NCBI GenBank assembly: GCA_028873925.1
Contig: JAPPNA010000026.1
Location: 3,378 to 67,377, forward strand
Source of the DNA: Bacteroidota bacterium
GTDB taxonomy: Bacteria; Bacteroidota; Rhodothermia; Rhodothermales; Bin80
Direction of reading: 5' to 3'
Length of the DNA: 64,000 nucleotides
Part shown: one piece after another, positions 27,895 to 37,048 of the stretch
How positions within the stretch are numbered: position 1 is the first letter of the stretch
How the letters are laid out: each line of letters begins with the position of its first letter
Program-made: the position numbers and the translations under genes
The notes under the pieces: model-generated
The model's database searches: none
What the model saw: only the letters and a program-made list of their open reading frames with translations
Told to the model about the DNA's origin: nothing

Positions 27895-29820
27895 CTACCG
27901 CCCGGTCTGGAACGGAGCGGCCGGCAGGCCTTCCTGGTTGATCAGACTGGCGGTATCCGGGTTATCGGCCCATGCGTAGCGGACATCGGTAGGCGTTTCA
28001 ATGGAAGGATGCGAAACAATGACGGCATTATCTTCAATACGCGCCTCCGCCCATACATATACGCCATCAGAACCGGCTACGGCAAAGCCGCCGAGCGCAG
28101 GCGTGCGTGAGGCCAGCCCGCTGCCTACATGGTTGAACGTGATTACGATCCGATTCCCATCCACGGCGTGATCGCGATAGGTCGGGCCGGAATACACCAG
28201 ATCCTCTCCATACTGCAGATGGCGCGCGGCCAGGGCAAGGCGCAGGCCCACATCCTGCTTGTTGCGCGGATGGATGTCGTCGGCTTCGCCTATATCCAGG
28301 GTAATGGCCTGACCCACTTTGTCCAGTTCGAGGGCAGCGGCCTGTGATTCCCGCAGAATGGCCCAGTTGCTGTCACCCGGTTCGTCCGGCGCGGCCCGAA
28401 AACTCGCCAGTGATACGAACAGAAAAGGGGCCTGCTCATTGCTGAACAGGGTGCGCCAGGTGGTAATCATGGTCTTGAACTGGTCCGCGTAGCGGGCGGC
28501 ATCATCCGGGTTGCCGCCGTTGGACTCGCCCTGGTACCAGATAAAGCCGGTCACGGGGAAGGAGAGCATCGGATGCAGCATTTTATTGTAGAGCAGGGTG
28601 GGCTGCTGGTTGGGCCCGCCCCCGGGATCGATCACAAACTGCCCGACACGAAGCTTCCAGGTGCCGCTCAGGGCAACGGATCCCGACCGGGTGCGCAATT
28701 CCAACCCACCTTCGTCGGTGACCATGCCGCCCTGGCCACCAGTATCATGGACGCGCACGGCAACCGTATTGACCCCGGGCTGGAGAATCCCGGTCGGAAC
28801 ATCATAGGTGCGGACCTGGCGCACTCCGTTGGTGGCCCCCACCAGGTGACCATTAATCCAGGTCATGTCCCGATCATCAATGGTACCCAGGTGCAGGACC
28901 GCATCCGCTCCGGCATCAGCCTCGGAGACTTCAAACGTCCGGCGGTACCAGACAAATCCATTCAGGTCGGTAAGGCCCGCGCTCTCCCAGGTGCCGGGTA
29001 CCGGAATGTCGGTCCACAATTCCAAATTCAGTTCCGGGTCCTTCCAAAGGGCAACGCTGTCCGGCATACCGGCATCCAAGGAATCTGTCGCATGGTAGGT
29101 CTCCATGAAGTGCCGGTGCAGGCTGTCCGCTCGGCGCTGCCGAGCCGCCAAAATCTCTTCCGCATTAGTATCATTGGCCATCAGCGCCTCCGGTGTCATC
29201 CAGGCTTCAATCCTACTGCCACCCCATGACGTGTTGACGATGCCAATGGGAATATCCAACGAAGTGCGCAGATCGCGCGCAAATGAGTAGGCTACCGCGG
29301 AAAAGCTGCCCACGACATCCGGCTGGGCGCTCTGCCATTGACCGCCGGCCAGCGTGTGCTCCGGCTGGTAAGACCACGATAGCGGCACTTTGAAGTGCCG
29401 CAGCAGCGGGTCATCTGCGGAATTGATTTCATTTTCGGCATCCGCGGACTGTTGCACGGTCCAGGCCATGTTGGATTGTCCTGAGGCCACCCATACATCT
29501 CCGAACCAGATGTCCTCTACAGTAAGCGTATCATCTTCAGACGAAACCGACAGAGTATGGGGGCCGCCAGCCTCGTGCGGATCCAGCGTGGCGGTCCAGT
29601 TCCCTTCGGCCCCGACCCGGATACGCTGGGATGAATCGTTAAATGAGATTGTGATTCTGGAGGCCGGATCGCCGGTTCCCCATACGGGGACCGGTGTGTT
29701 TCGTTGCAGGACCGCACCATCGCTGAAAAGTCTGCTGATCGTCAGCGGTGCGTCCGTGTTTGGAGCTCCGCAACCGGCTGCCAGTGCCAGGGCGGCCATG
29801 AAGAGAATTTGGGTGCGCAT
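27895..29820 (-). CDS. Sialate O-acetylesterase family lipoprotein (SGNH/DUF303 with a central galactose-binding-like insert)
   Basis: Lipobox LALAAGC, GDVWVASGQSNMAW and WYQGESN motifs. Confidence 0.8.
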   Translation of the reverse strand: MRTQILFMAALALAAGCGAPNTDAPLTISRLFSDGAVLQRNTPVPVWGTGDPASRITISFNDSSQRIRVGAEGNWTATLDPHEAGGPHTLSVSSEDDTLTVEDIWFGDVWVASGQSNMAWTVQQSADAENEINSADDPLLRHFKVPLSWSYQPEHTLAGGQWQSAQPDVVGSFSAVAYSFARDLRTSLDIPIGIVNTSWGGSRIEAWMTPEALMANDTNAEEILAARQRRADSLHRHFMETYHATDSLDAGMPDSVALWKDPELNLELWTDIPVPGTWESAGLTDLNGFVWYRRTFEVSEADAGADAVLHLGTIDDRDMTWINGHLVGATNGVRQVRTYDVPTGILQPGVNTVAVRVHDTGGQGGMVTDEGGLELRTRSGSVALSGTWKLRVGQFVIDPGGGPNQQPTLLYNKMLHPMLSFPVTGFIWYQGESNGGNPDDAARYADQFKTMITTWRTLFSNEQAPFLFVSLASFRAAPDEPGDSNWAILRESQAAALELDKVGQAITLDIGEADDIHPRNKQDVGLRLALAARHLQYGEDLVYSGPTYRDHAVDGNRIVITFNHVGSGLASRTPALGGFAVAGSDGVYVWAEARIEDNAVIVSHPSIETPTDVRYAWADNPDTASLINQEGLPAAPFQTGR

Positions 29821-30073
29821 TCTAACGGCAAATTGCTGTGACCTCCCAAATTAGGGATTTTCGCCATCGCCCATGAACTTGACCGGTCCTGCCGACCCGG
29901 TCCCCTCGCCATGGTGACGGATTTTGTCCAGGCAGGAACGCCATAGAGTGTACCACCGCAATTCGGAGCTTTGATGCCGAAGGTTGCGGATGATGGTGCA
30001 CAGGGCCAGCTACTTCAAGTGCTGATCCAAAGTTCCTGTGATTCGTTCAGCACGGGCCGTTGTTTGATGTCCT

Positions 30074-31423
30074 TTACCCCGGGGATGTGTTGCACACGCC
30101 ATCAAGCGCCGGTATCGCTAAGCGGGAGATATTGAGCAGTTCGTTGGTGAAGTACTCTGTAATGGTACCGCCGCCGGATTCGCACTCCTCATGTAGCTCG
30201 GGAACGAGCGCATACCAGTCGTCAAAACGACCGCCACGATTGAACTGAAACCAGTGCGCGGATGACGCTTCAAGCTGGAGGCCCTGATCCCGCAACGCCT
30301 GATTCAGTGTTTTAAGCCACGATGCCTGAATCTCTGATGGCTTCGGACACCCATGGCTGACCCCTCGAAACCAATCCAACGGCCCCTTACCGTGGGATTG
30401 GAGGCGGATCTTGGGGCCTATGTCATATCGGTCCCAGCTGTGATGCCCGATTTGCAGGTCGTTTGCGTAGCGCACCACGCCCTTATATCGGAAGAATACT
30501 GTAAGTCCCAAATCCGGCCAGTCCTGCTGCAACCGGGATTCAACAGTGTTGCGCAGATGCTCCAGAAACCGCCTGCACACCTCGTCTCGCAAGGGCATCC
30601 ACGCCTCGCGTACGGCGCGTGCTGTTCCAAGGTACTTCGGATTTTCGAGCAGAAAGTTGAGTACGGTCCAGGTTTCTCTGTTTCCTGCCATTTTGATCTT
30701 ACCAAATCTTTTTCTACAATACGCCTCAACATCCCGTAGGAATGCCCGGACACGGCTGGCTTTGCATCGCCGGCTGCAGGAAGCGAACCAGTCCGCGAGT
30801 GAATCTTTTCCCACATACGGCATGGCCACAAACCGTTTCTCCCACAGTAAACGGTCCGATGGTGACAGATCCTGCCTAGAGGGCCCTCTACCTTTGGGTG
30901 GCAGGTATACCAGCAGAAAGTGCTGTCCGTATTGGCTATTGAGAAAACGGAGATACCGGGTCACCTGGTCAGCTGACTGGGGCGCGTAGGGCTTGTTTTC
31001 AAATGCCAGGCAGAATATCCTGTCGCCATCCGGGATTTCAATTGTGATATCAATGCGCCCACCCGAAGCCGTACCGTGTTCTCGCCGCACCATAATGGGA
31101 TTACCCGCCGACGTGAACAGCCGTGCGAACCGATCGCGGGTCTGATCAAAGGCATCCAACATGGCCTCCAGAAACAGGGTGCCCTGCCCATGGTCCTGCG
31201 TTGGATCAAGCAGGTCGGCTATCACCCGCGACCAACCTAATTCGTCGGTGCGCACGTATTCAAATACATTGAAGCGGCGCGCGAGATAGCGATCCAATTC
31301 ACGCTCAAGCGCCCGATCTGCCTCAATACGGGGCGCGAGCTCCGCGAAGAGTGTTTGACAGTACACGGCGGCTTCTTCCATCGTTAAGCCACCCCGACTG
31401 ACTGTCCTGCCGGGCTCCTGCAC
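30074..31423 (-). CDS. PD-(D/E)XK nuclease superfamily protein (PDDEXK_4-like N-terminal domain plus uncharacterised C-terminal half)
   Basis: FNVFEYVRTDELGWSRVIADLLDP..HGQG..FLE, then GGRIDITIEI...CLAFENKPYA (D...E-x-K). The alternative start is at 31381. Confidence 0.7.
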   Translation of the reverse strand: MQEPGRTVSRGGLTMEEAAVYCQTLFAELAPRIEADRALERELDRYLARRFNVFEYVRTDELGWSRVIADLLDPTQDHGQGTLFLEAMLDAFDQTRDRFARLFTSAGNPIMVRREHGTASGGRIDITIEIPDGDRIFCLAFENKPYAPQSADQVTRYLRFLNSQYGQHFLLVYLPPKGRGPSRQDLSPSDRLLWEKRFVAMPYVGKDSLADWFASCSRRCKASRVRAFLRDVEAYCRKRFGKIKMAGNRETWTVLNFLLENPKYLGTARAVREAWMPLRDEVCRRFLEHLRNTVESRLQQDWPDLGLTVFFRYKGVVRYANDLQIGHHSWDRYDIGPKIRLQSHGKGPLDWFRGVSHGCPKPSEIQASWLKTLNQALRDQGLQLEASSAHWFQFNRGGRFDDWYALVPELHEECESGGGTITEYFTNELLNISRLAIPALDGVCNTSPG

Positions 31424-31603
31424 TTCCGGTGACAGGTGCAGCCGACTTTGAGGTTGTGGCCAGGCATTGGGTATTCAGGAGGCCCCTCCGGTCCTATACG
31501 GGAGCCCAAATCCGTTTGGATTCGGCCGGTTTCTGGTCGCCCCGTGAACAGTTGTTCTTGTGCCGGCCTTGCCGCCGCATATTCCATCTGCCAAATAGAG
31601 GCC

Positions 31604-31981
31604 TTAGCCCGACGTAGCGGGTTTGTGGGGGTAGGCCTCGCGTCTTCCCGAATCGCCCTCCTGGATGACGAAGTCGCGCCGGTCACGGTAAAGATGTGCT
31701 CGGTTCAATACGTAATCATGCTCCCGATCAAGGTTGATCGAATCCCAGTGCGTCATCAGCCAGTACTTATAGTCCCCGATGAACAGATAGGTGTTGGGTC
31801 TGCCAAAAAATGTGGCTTTCACGCCTTCGCCGGCACGGAGCCGGCAGCAGACCAGTTCAATGAGCTCCCGCTGGTCATCTTTGTGGCTCAGGACGTACTC
31901 ATGCGGCCATGTATGCCGATAGGTGACAGCTTCCCGCCACGGCGCGCGACCGATCAATTCGGTGATTTTCAAGTTCTCCAT
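31604..31981 (-). CDS. Hypothetical 125-aa protein with W-PHEY and YKYW-M...LNRA motifs
   Basis: The ATG at 31981 (MENLKITELIG) is preferred over the track start at 32083. It lies on the same strand, 180 nt upstream of the PD-(D/E)XK gene. I recognise the motif pattern from uncharacterised phage/island proteins but cannot name a family. Confidence 0.55.
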   Translation of the reverse strand: MENLKITELIGRAPWREAVTYRHTWPHEYVLSHKDDQRELIELVCCRLRAGEGVKATFFGRPNTYLFIGDYKYWLMTHWDSINLDREHDYVLNRAHLYRDRRDFVIQEGDSGRREAYPHKPATSG

Positions 31982-32237
31982 AAAACACGACTCTCTACAT
32001 CGGGCAAAATAAGGCCCGCCGCATTCTGCGTGGCATCGCCGCCTATCCCCGGGAGCTGGGATCAGGTTCCACGATCTGCTCAATTAGCTTTAAGTTCAGC
32101 CCGGATCCTTGTTCCGAGTTGTACGAGCTGCCGAGACCAATTCGTCACTCGTAGAGCAGGCGGAGCGTCCCTGTCTGGTCCGGGATTCGGACGAGTGCCA
32201 TTGACTCCACGGCAACACAGGACGGATTGAGCAGGTC

Positions 32238-32478
32238 CGGCACGGATTCGCGCCATCCTCCCAGCTAATGTCCATTGCAGCGGCCGCGAAACACCATTGG
32301 TACCTGTATCGGTCGCGTCACGGCCCTGCAGAAGCCGCAGCGCACCGCCGCAAGCCATCGCGGATTTGGTCTATCCTGCGGAACTTTGCAGGCGTAATAC
32401 CGTATGACACGAGCACCGTGGTGCATTTCAGTGCCAGCCTACGCAACTCAATGAACGACTAAGGCGCGCAGCGAATCT
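32238..32478 (+). other. Conserved ~240-nt leader upstream of panA copy 1 (copy 2 equivalent at 33338-33573)
   Basis: Shared blocks: GGCACGGATTYGCGCCATCCTCCCAGC, GCAGCGGCCGCGAAACACC, CCGCAGCGCNCCGCCGCAAGC, CGCGGATTTGGTC, GCAGGCGNAATACCGTA and ACTAAGGCGCGCAGCGAATCYATG. An indel breaks any common reading frame. Confidence 0.4.
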
Positions 32479-32973
32479 ATGTACAGCTCAGCCACCATTG
32501 CCGACTATTTCATTCACAAGGGCTCCCAGGAGAAGATCCGGCTGACACCCATGCAGCTGCTTAAGTTGGTTTACATTGCGCACGGATGGTATCTGGGCAA
32601 CCATGGCAAGCCTCTGATCTACGACGAGATTCAGGCGTGGCATTTTGGCCCCGTTATCCCTGTGCTGTATCACATGATCAAACACAACGGGCCCAAACCG
32701 CTCAAGACGTTTGTCCGCAGTCCGGATCGGGCCGGAAAGGAAGAGCTGCTGCCTGACGATGTTCAGCACTTCCTAAATTTGGTATGGAAAGAGTATCGCA
32801 ATTATTCCGGGTCCGAATTGTCTCAATTGACCCATCAGCCAGGTGCCCCTTGGGCCCAAGCCCGAAAGAAGCATCCGTATGCGCAGTACAATGTGCCGAT
32901 TTCCAATGACATAATTCAGGCCTATTACCGGGCGAAGGTGGAGCAGGCAAGGCAGGAGGTAGCCCATGGCTGA
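32479..32973 (+). CDS. Panacea/DUF4065 domain protein (SocA-like type II antitoxin, PanA)
   Basis: IADYFIHKG...LTPMQLLKLVYIAHGWYLGNHGKPLIYDEIQAWHFGPVIPVLYH is the DUF4065 signature as I remember it. Confidence 0.8.
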   Translation: MYSSATIADYFIHKGSQEKIRLTPMQLLKLVYIAHGWYLGNHGKPLIYDEIQAWHFGPVIPVLYHMIKHNGPKPLKTFVRSPDRAGKEELLPDDVQHFLNLVWKEYRNYSGSELSQLTHQPGAPWAQARKKHPYAQYNVPISNDIIQAYYRAKVEQARQEVAHG

Positions 32974-33307
32974 AGAGCCGGGTCCCATAGTGCAGGAGGG
33001 TTCAGACGAGTGGCGCAGTGCTGAGCCTGGCCCGTTGAACCAGGATGTCTTGTTTGAGCAAACGCTTAAACATGACGAGCAGCGGTATAAATTCCGCCAG
33101 TGGCAATCCTGGGCCGTATTTTCGGGCTTGACTCTATGGCTGTTGGTCGTGCTGGTTGCCCTATATAAGCAAGGAACGGGCGCAGTGGACCTTAGCGATC
33201 CGGTTCTGGTCGCCTTGGTGGTTTCCTGGCCTGGCGCGTTGGCGGCGTATCTTGTCCGAATGGCACGGTACGTATTCCCGGATCAGCCAAACAATCGGGT
33301 GGAGTAG
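32966..33307 (+). CDS. Small two-TM membrane protein, candidate PanA-associated toxin
   Basis: Its start overlaps the panA stop (ATGGCTGA at 32966-32973). Hydrophobic helices are WAVFSGLTLWLLVVLVALY and PVLVALVVSWPGALAAYLV. Confidence 0.6.
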   Translation: MAEEPGPIVQEGSDEWRSAEPGPLNQDVLFEQTLKHDEQRYKFRQWQSWAVFSGLTLWLLVVLVALYKQGTGAVDLSDPVLVALVVSWPGALAAYLVRMARYVFPDQPNNRVE

Positions 33308-33573
33308 TCCGATTCCCGTCCCAGGTTCGGAAGATTTCGGCACGGATTTGCGCCATCCTCCCAGCCGCGGTCCAGCGCAGCGGCCGCGAAACACCGAATA
33401 CGGATGGTGCCGGCATCAGTCGCACCACGGCTCTGAAGACACCGCAGCGCCCCGCCGCAAGCTAACGCGGATTTGGTCCTCCCATTGAAACTACGCAGGC
33501 GCAATACCGTACCATGCAATTTTCGGGATGCATTACAGCCAGCTTGTGGCTCACTAAGGCGCGCAGCGAATCC

Positions 33574-34056
33574 ATGTACAGCTCAATAACCGTAGCCAAT
33601 TTCTTCATCGCCAAGGGCCTCAAGGAGAAGATCCCACTGACTCCTATGAAGCTGCTGAAGCTGATATATCTTGCGCACGGGTGGTATTTGGGCAATCACG
33701 AGAAGCCCCTGATCTATGACGAGATTCAGGCTTGGCGTCATGGACCGGTTATTCCCGTGATCTATCACGCGGTTGAGCATATCGGGCCTAATCCGCTGAA
33801 GACGTATATCCGCAGCCCGTACCGTGCAGGTAGGGAAGAGCTGTTGCCTGACGACATTCAGCGCTTTCTGAATCGGGTGTGGGAAAATTATCGCGACTGG
33901 TCCAGTTCCGAATTATCCCATTTGACCCATCGGGTGGGTGCCCCTTGGGACCAAGCCCGTCAGAAGCATCCCAATGTGCAACACGATGTGCCGTTACCCA
34001 ATGAATCGATCCAGGCCTATTACGCAAGAGAAAGTGGAGATATTACGGCAGCGTAA
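33574..34056 (+). CDS. Panacea/DUF4065 domain protein (PanA copy 2)
   Basis: MYSSITVANFFIAKG...LTPMKLLKLIYLAHGWYLGNHEKPLIYDEIQAWRHGPVIPVIYH. The ATG at 33574 corresponds to the copy 1 start. Confidence 0.8.
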   Translation: MYSSITVANFFIAKGLKEKIPLTPMKLLKLIYLAHGWYLGNHEKPLIYDEIQAWRHGPVIPVIYHAVEHIGPNPLKTYIRSPYRAGREELLPDDIQRFLNRVWENYRDWSSSELSHLTHRVGAPWDQARQKHPNVQHDVPLPNESIQAYYARESGDITAA

Positions 34057-34070
34057 GCAGGAGACACCCA

Positions 34071-34444
34071 ATGCCTGACTCGTCAGCTGAACCTAGCTAA
34101 ATGGCATTGATACGCACGGGGATGTCATTCAGTACGATGCGCTTTCCGAAGAACTCAAGGATTTTCAGCAGCGGTACAAATCCCGCCAGTGGCGGGCGCG
34201 ATGGGTATTTTGTGCCCTATTCTTTTGGCTGTTCATTGTACTGGCCATTCTCGCTTTGCAGGGGCTAAAACTCGTGGAATATCGTGATTCAGTCCTGATC
34301 GCGCTGATCGTCTCCTGGCCCGGTGCCATGGCTGCGTACCTTTATTGAATGGCTCGGTACGTATTCCCAGTTCAGCCAAGGGTGTCGGCCAAACAGCTGC
34401 ACCTAATGACGCAGGCTCAGGAGAAATCGGACCCCAAAACGTAG
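34071..34444 (+). pseudogene. Decayed copy of the two-TM toxin
   Basis: The ATG at 34071 is out of frame with the TM-coding frame, which is open from 34097 (...QQRYKSRQWRARWVFCALFFWLFIVLAIL...LIALIVSWPGAMAAYLY*). TGA at 34346-34348 replaces CGA at 33257-33259 of copy 1, and homology continues to 34444. Confidence 0.7.
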
Positions 34445-34480
34445 CCGCCGTGAATCTGGACTCCCGCTAATACTGCCGCC

Positions 34481-35818
34481 TCAGGGACGCTGCCAGGGCA
34501 CACGGCCGGCCTCTTGGATGTATCCTCTCAGAGCCGCGGCGAGTCGGCGCAACACCACCGGCTCGGTAGGCGACAGATCAGTTGATTCAGTGGGGTCTAG
34601 ATCCAGATTGTAGAGCTCCATCGGTGCGAACGGGCTGTTCTGCAGGAGCTTCCACGGTCCATGACGCACCGCCTCAATGGTCTTTCCGTTGAACCGCAAA
34701 CCGCCTTCACGCCGGGAGAAGAACATCATCCGATCCGAAAAATCCTGCGGCGACCCCGCCAGCGTTGGCAGAAAACTTACGCCTTCAATGTAGTGCGTCA
34801 GCGGCACACCGCCGGCTTCAACCAGTGTGGGATAGATGTCCATTGTAACCAGCGGCACCTCAGATGTCACGCCTTCCTCAATCACGTCAGGCCAGGACGC
34901 GATCGCTGGCACACGCAGCCCACCCTCATAAACGCTCTGCTTGCCATCGCGCAATGGACCGTTAGAAGCCCCAACATTCAGCTGACCGCCGTTGTCGCTG
35001 ACGAAAAACACCAGCGTATTGTCGGAGAAGCCGTTGGCTAACAGTGCATTCAGCACCTGTCCAATGCCGTAATCCATATGCTCAATCAGTGCCACCAGAA
35101 GGGCGCGCTCCTCGCTGATGCCGCCCTCCCGCCGCATCACGTCCCTGAACCATTCTTCAGGTGGCTGAATCGGCGTGTGCGGGGCGTTGTAGGCGAGATA
35201 CAGGAAGAAGGGGGCCGGAGAGACAGTCCGGCTCTCAATGTACCGGACAGCCCACGCGCTGAAGAGGTCCGTAGCATGGCCTTCAGGTTTGATGACTTCC
35301 TCATTGTAGCGCATGTAATTGAGTCCGTGACGCAGGTGTGTGTAGTAGTCGTCCATCATGTCTCCCAGGAACCCCTCAAAGTGATCAAATCCACGGTCAA
35401 TGGGTCGATCAGGGGCCGCCAATCCAAGGTGCCACTTGCCAACCATGGCCGTGTGGTACCCGCGGCGGCGGAGCATCTCCGGGAGGAGTGTAACGTCAGG
35501 AGATAAGGCTCCCCAGTTGTTGGCCGCGTGCGTACGGATGACTCCCGGCACCCCGGCCATCGGAGGATACCGTCCGGTCAATAGGGAGGCCCGCGTGGGG
35601 GAGCATACCGGAGAATTGGCATAAAACTGCGTAAATCGCATGCCCTTGGAGGCGAGACTGTCCAGCGCCGGTGTCTGCATGTCCGCCGCACCGTAACTCC
35701 GCAAATCACCATAGCCCAGATCATCAACTACAATCAGGACAATGTTGGGCTGCTGGGCGTAGGCCGTACAGGAAAGCAAAAGCAGCAGCAGCGCGGACGC
35801 AGTTTTCTTGAGCATCAT
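34481..35818 (-). CDS. Sulfatase (arylsulfatase family)
   Basis: Signal MMLKKTASALLLLLLSCTAYAQ, NIVLIVVDDLGYGD and the CSPTR motif. The ATG at 35818 avoids overlap with aroB. Confidence 0.9.
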   Translation of the reverse strand: MMLKKTASALLLLLLSCTAYAQQPNIVLIVVDDLGYGDLRSYGAADMQTPALDSLASKGMRFTQFYANSPVCSPTRASLLTGRYPPMAGVPGVIRTHAANNWGALSPDVTLLPEMLRRRGYHTAMVGKWHLGLAAPDRPIDRGFDHFEGFLGDMMDDYYTHLRHGLNYMRYNEEVIKPEGHATDLFSAWAVRYIESRTVSPAPFFLYLAYNAPHTPIQPPEEWFRDVMRREGGISEERALLVALIEHMDYGIGQVLNALLANGFSDNTLVFFVSDNGGQLNVGASNGPLRDGKQSVYEGGLRVPAIASWPDVIEEGVTSEVPLVTMDIYPTLVEAGGVPLTHYIEGVSFLPTLAGSPQDFSDRMMFFSRREGGLRFNGKTIEAVRHGPWKLLQNSPFAPMELYNLDLDPTESTDLSPTEPVVLRRLAAALRGYIQEAGRVPWQRP

Positions 35819-35826
35819 TTCTTGAG

Positions 35827-36924
35827 TCAACGGGTTGGCTTCACGGGGCTGCACACAGCGGCCCAACCGGTATCTATCTCTTCGGGTGTCACCCGGTCGG
35901 TGACGTAGGCTTCGCCCGGGGCCCTGAGCAACACCAGGCGTAAAGTACCACTCCGCACCTTCTTGTCACGGTACATGGCACGGTGCAGCGCGGCGGGGTC
36001 AACCGAATCAAGCGAATGGCGGACGGGCAGGCGGGACACGAGCCGCATCAGCCGGGATAGCGGCAGCATAGGCTCAAGCAGATGAGACACCTTAAGCGCA
36101 GCCCGCATACCGAGCGCAACGGCCTCGCCGTGAGTGAACCGGCCATAGCCGGCTTCCCGTTCAATGGCATGGCCGAAGGTGTGACCGAAATTGAGGATCA
36201 TGCGGCATGAGGCCTCACGCTCATCCTCGTTGACAACGGCCACTTTAACCGCCGCTGCCCGAATTACCGTATCTCTGACCACCGTTGCCTGGCGCTCCAT
36301 CAGCGCTGGCCAATGGCGCTCCAGAGATTCCAACAGTCCGGTGTCCGCAATAAGGGCGTGCTTGACCACTTCCGCCAGGCCGCTGGACCATTCCAGTTCG
36401 GGCAGCGACCGGAGCGTGCTTAGGTCCGCACAAATCAGATGCGGCTGATGAAACGCCCCAATGAGATTCTTGCCCTCACTATGGTTGATTCCGGTCTTGC
36501 CGCCGATCGCGCTGTCCACCTGCGCAATCAGACTGGTGGGCAGCTGAACCAGCGGGAGGCCGCGGAGCAGCGTAGCTGCCGCAAATCCGACTACATCACC
36601 GATCACGCCCCCACCCAGCGCGAGCAGGGGTGTGCGGCGGTCAATCCCTGTGCTGAGCGCAAAATCATATATCGCACCCAGATGTTGGGCCGACTTGGTG
36701 TGCTCTCCCGCCGGCAGCGAGAGCACATGCGGCATCCAGCCTCTGGAAGACAGCCCAGATGCTAATGCCGCACCATAAAGCGGACCTACACGCCGGTCGG
36801 TGACCACCAGGCACTTACCCCTGACCAGGCCGCAGGCTTCCATAAGGTCCGGCACCTCCGCCAATGGCGAGAAAAATACGGGCGAGGTCCGTCCAGACGA
36901 GAGCCTGACGATCAGATCCGGCAT
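35827..36924 (-). CDS. aroB: 3-dehydroquinate synthase
   Basis: GGGVIGDVVGFAAATLLRGLPLVQLPTSLIAQVDSAIGGKTGINH and GHTFGHAIE. Confidence 0.95.
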   Translation of the reverse strand: MPDLIVRLSSGRTSPVFFSPLAEVPDLMEACGLVRGKCLVVTDRRVGPLYGAALASGLSSRGWMPHVLSLPAGEHTKSAQHLGAIYDFALSTGIDRRTPLLALGGGVIGDVVGFAAATLLRGLPLVQLPTSLIAQVDSAIGGKTGINHSEGKNLIGAFHQPHLICADLSTLRSLPELEWSSGLAEVVKHALIADTGLLESLERHWPALMERQATVVRDTVIRAAAVKVAVVNEDEREASCRMILNFGHTFGHAIEREAGYGRFTHGEAVALGMRAALKVSHLLEPMLPLSRLMRLVSRLPVRHSLDSVDPAALHRAMYRDKKVRSGTLRLVLLRAPGEAYVTDRVTPEEIDTGWAAVCSPVKPTR

Positions 36925-37048
36925 TTGCTGTTCGTGTTTTCAGCCAAACGCAATCTACGCATTCACTTCAGTGTTGATACTACCCGCCGCGGTAAACACT
37001 TCGGGCATTTTGCGCATAAAACAGGTCCAAGTCACCCGGACCCTGCAA

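Larger units (their letters stand above)
32238..33307 (+). repeat. Tandem duplication unit 1: conserved leader plus Panacea antitoxin plus two-TM toxin
   Basis: It aligns by eye with 33338-34444 at roughly 75-80% nt identity. The unit starts are exactly 1100 bp apart. Confidence 0.85.
33338..34444 (+). repeat. Tandem duplication unit 2 (leader plus panA copy 2 plus decayed toxin)
   Basis: See unit 1. Confidence 0.85.

Noticed and set aside
29880-30070. Possible transposase remnant on the minus strand (LALCTIIRNLRHQSSELRWYTLWRSCLDKIRHHGEGTGSAGPVKFMGDGENP*).
   Set aside because: It has only a weak W-x-T-x-W-R resemblance to IS5-type N-termini. There is no start codon, no supporting motifs and no terminal repeats. 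It is too speculative to call.
32238-32478. Assigning the conserved panA leader to a known riboswitch or sRNA class.
   Set aside because: The conserved blocks match none of the riboswitch consensus cores I can recall (TPP, SAM, cobalamin, c-di-GMP, glycine, ZTP, guanidine, fluoride, preQ1). It is reported only as an unclassified conserved element.
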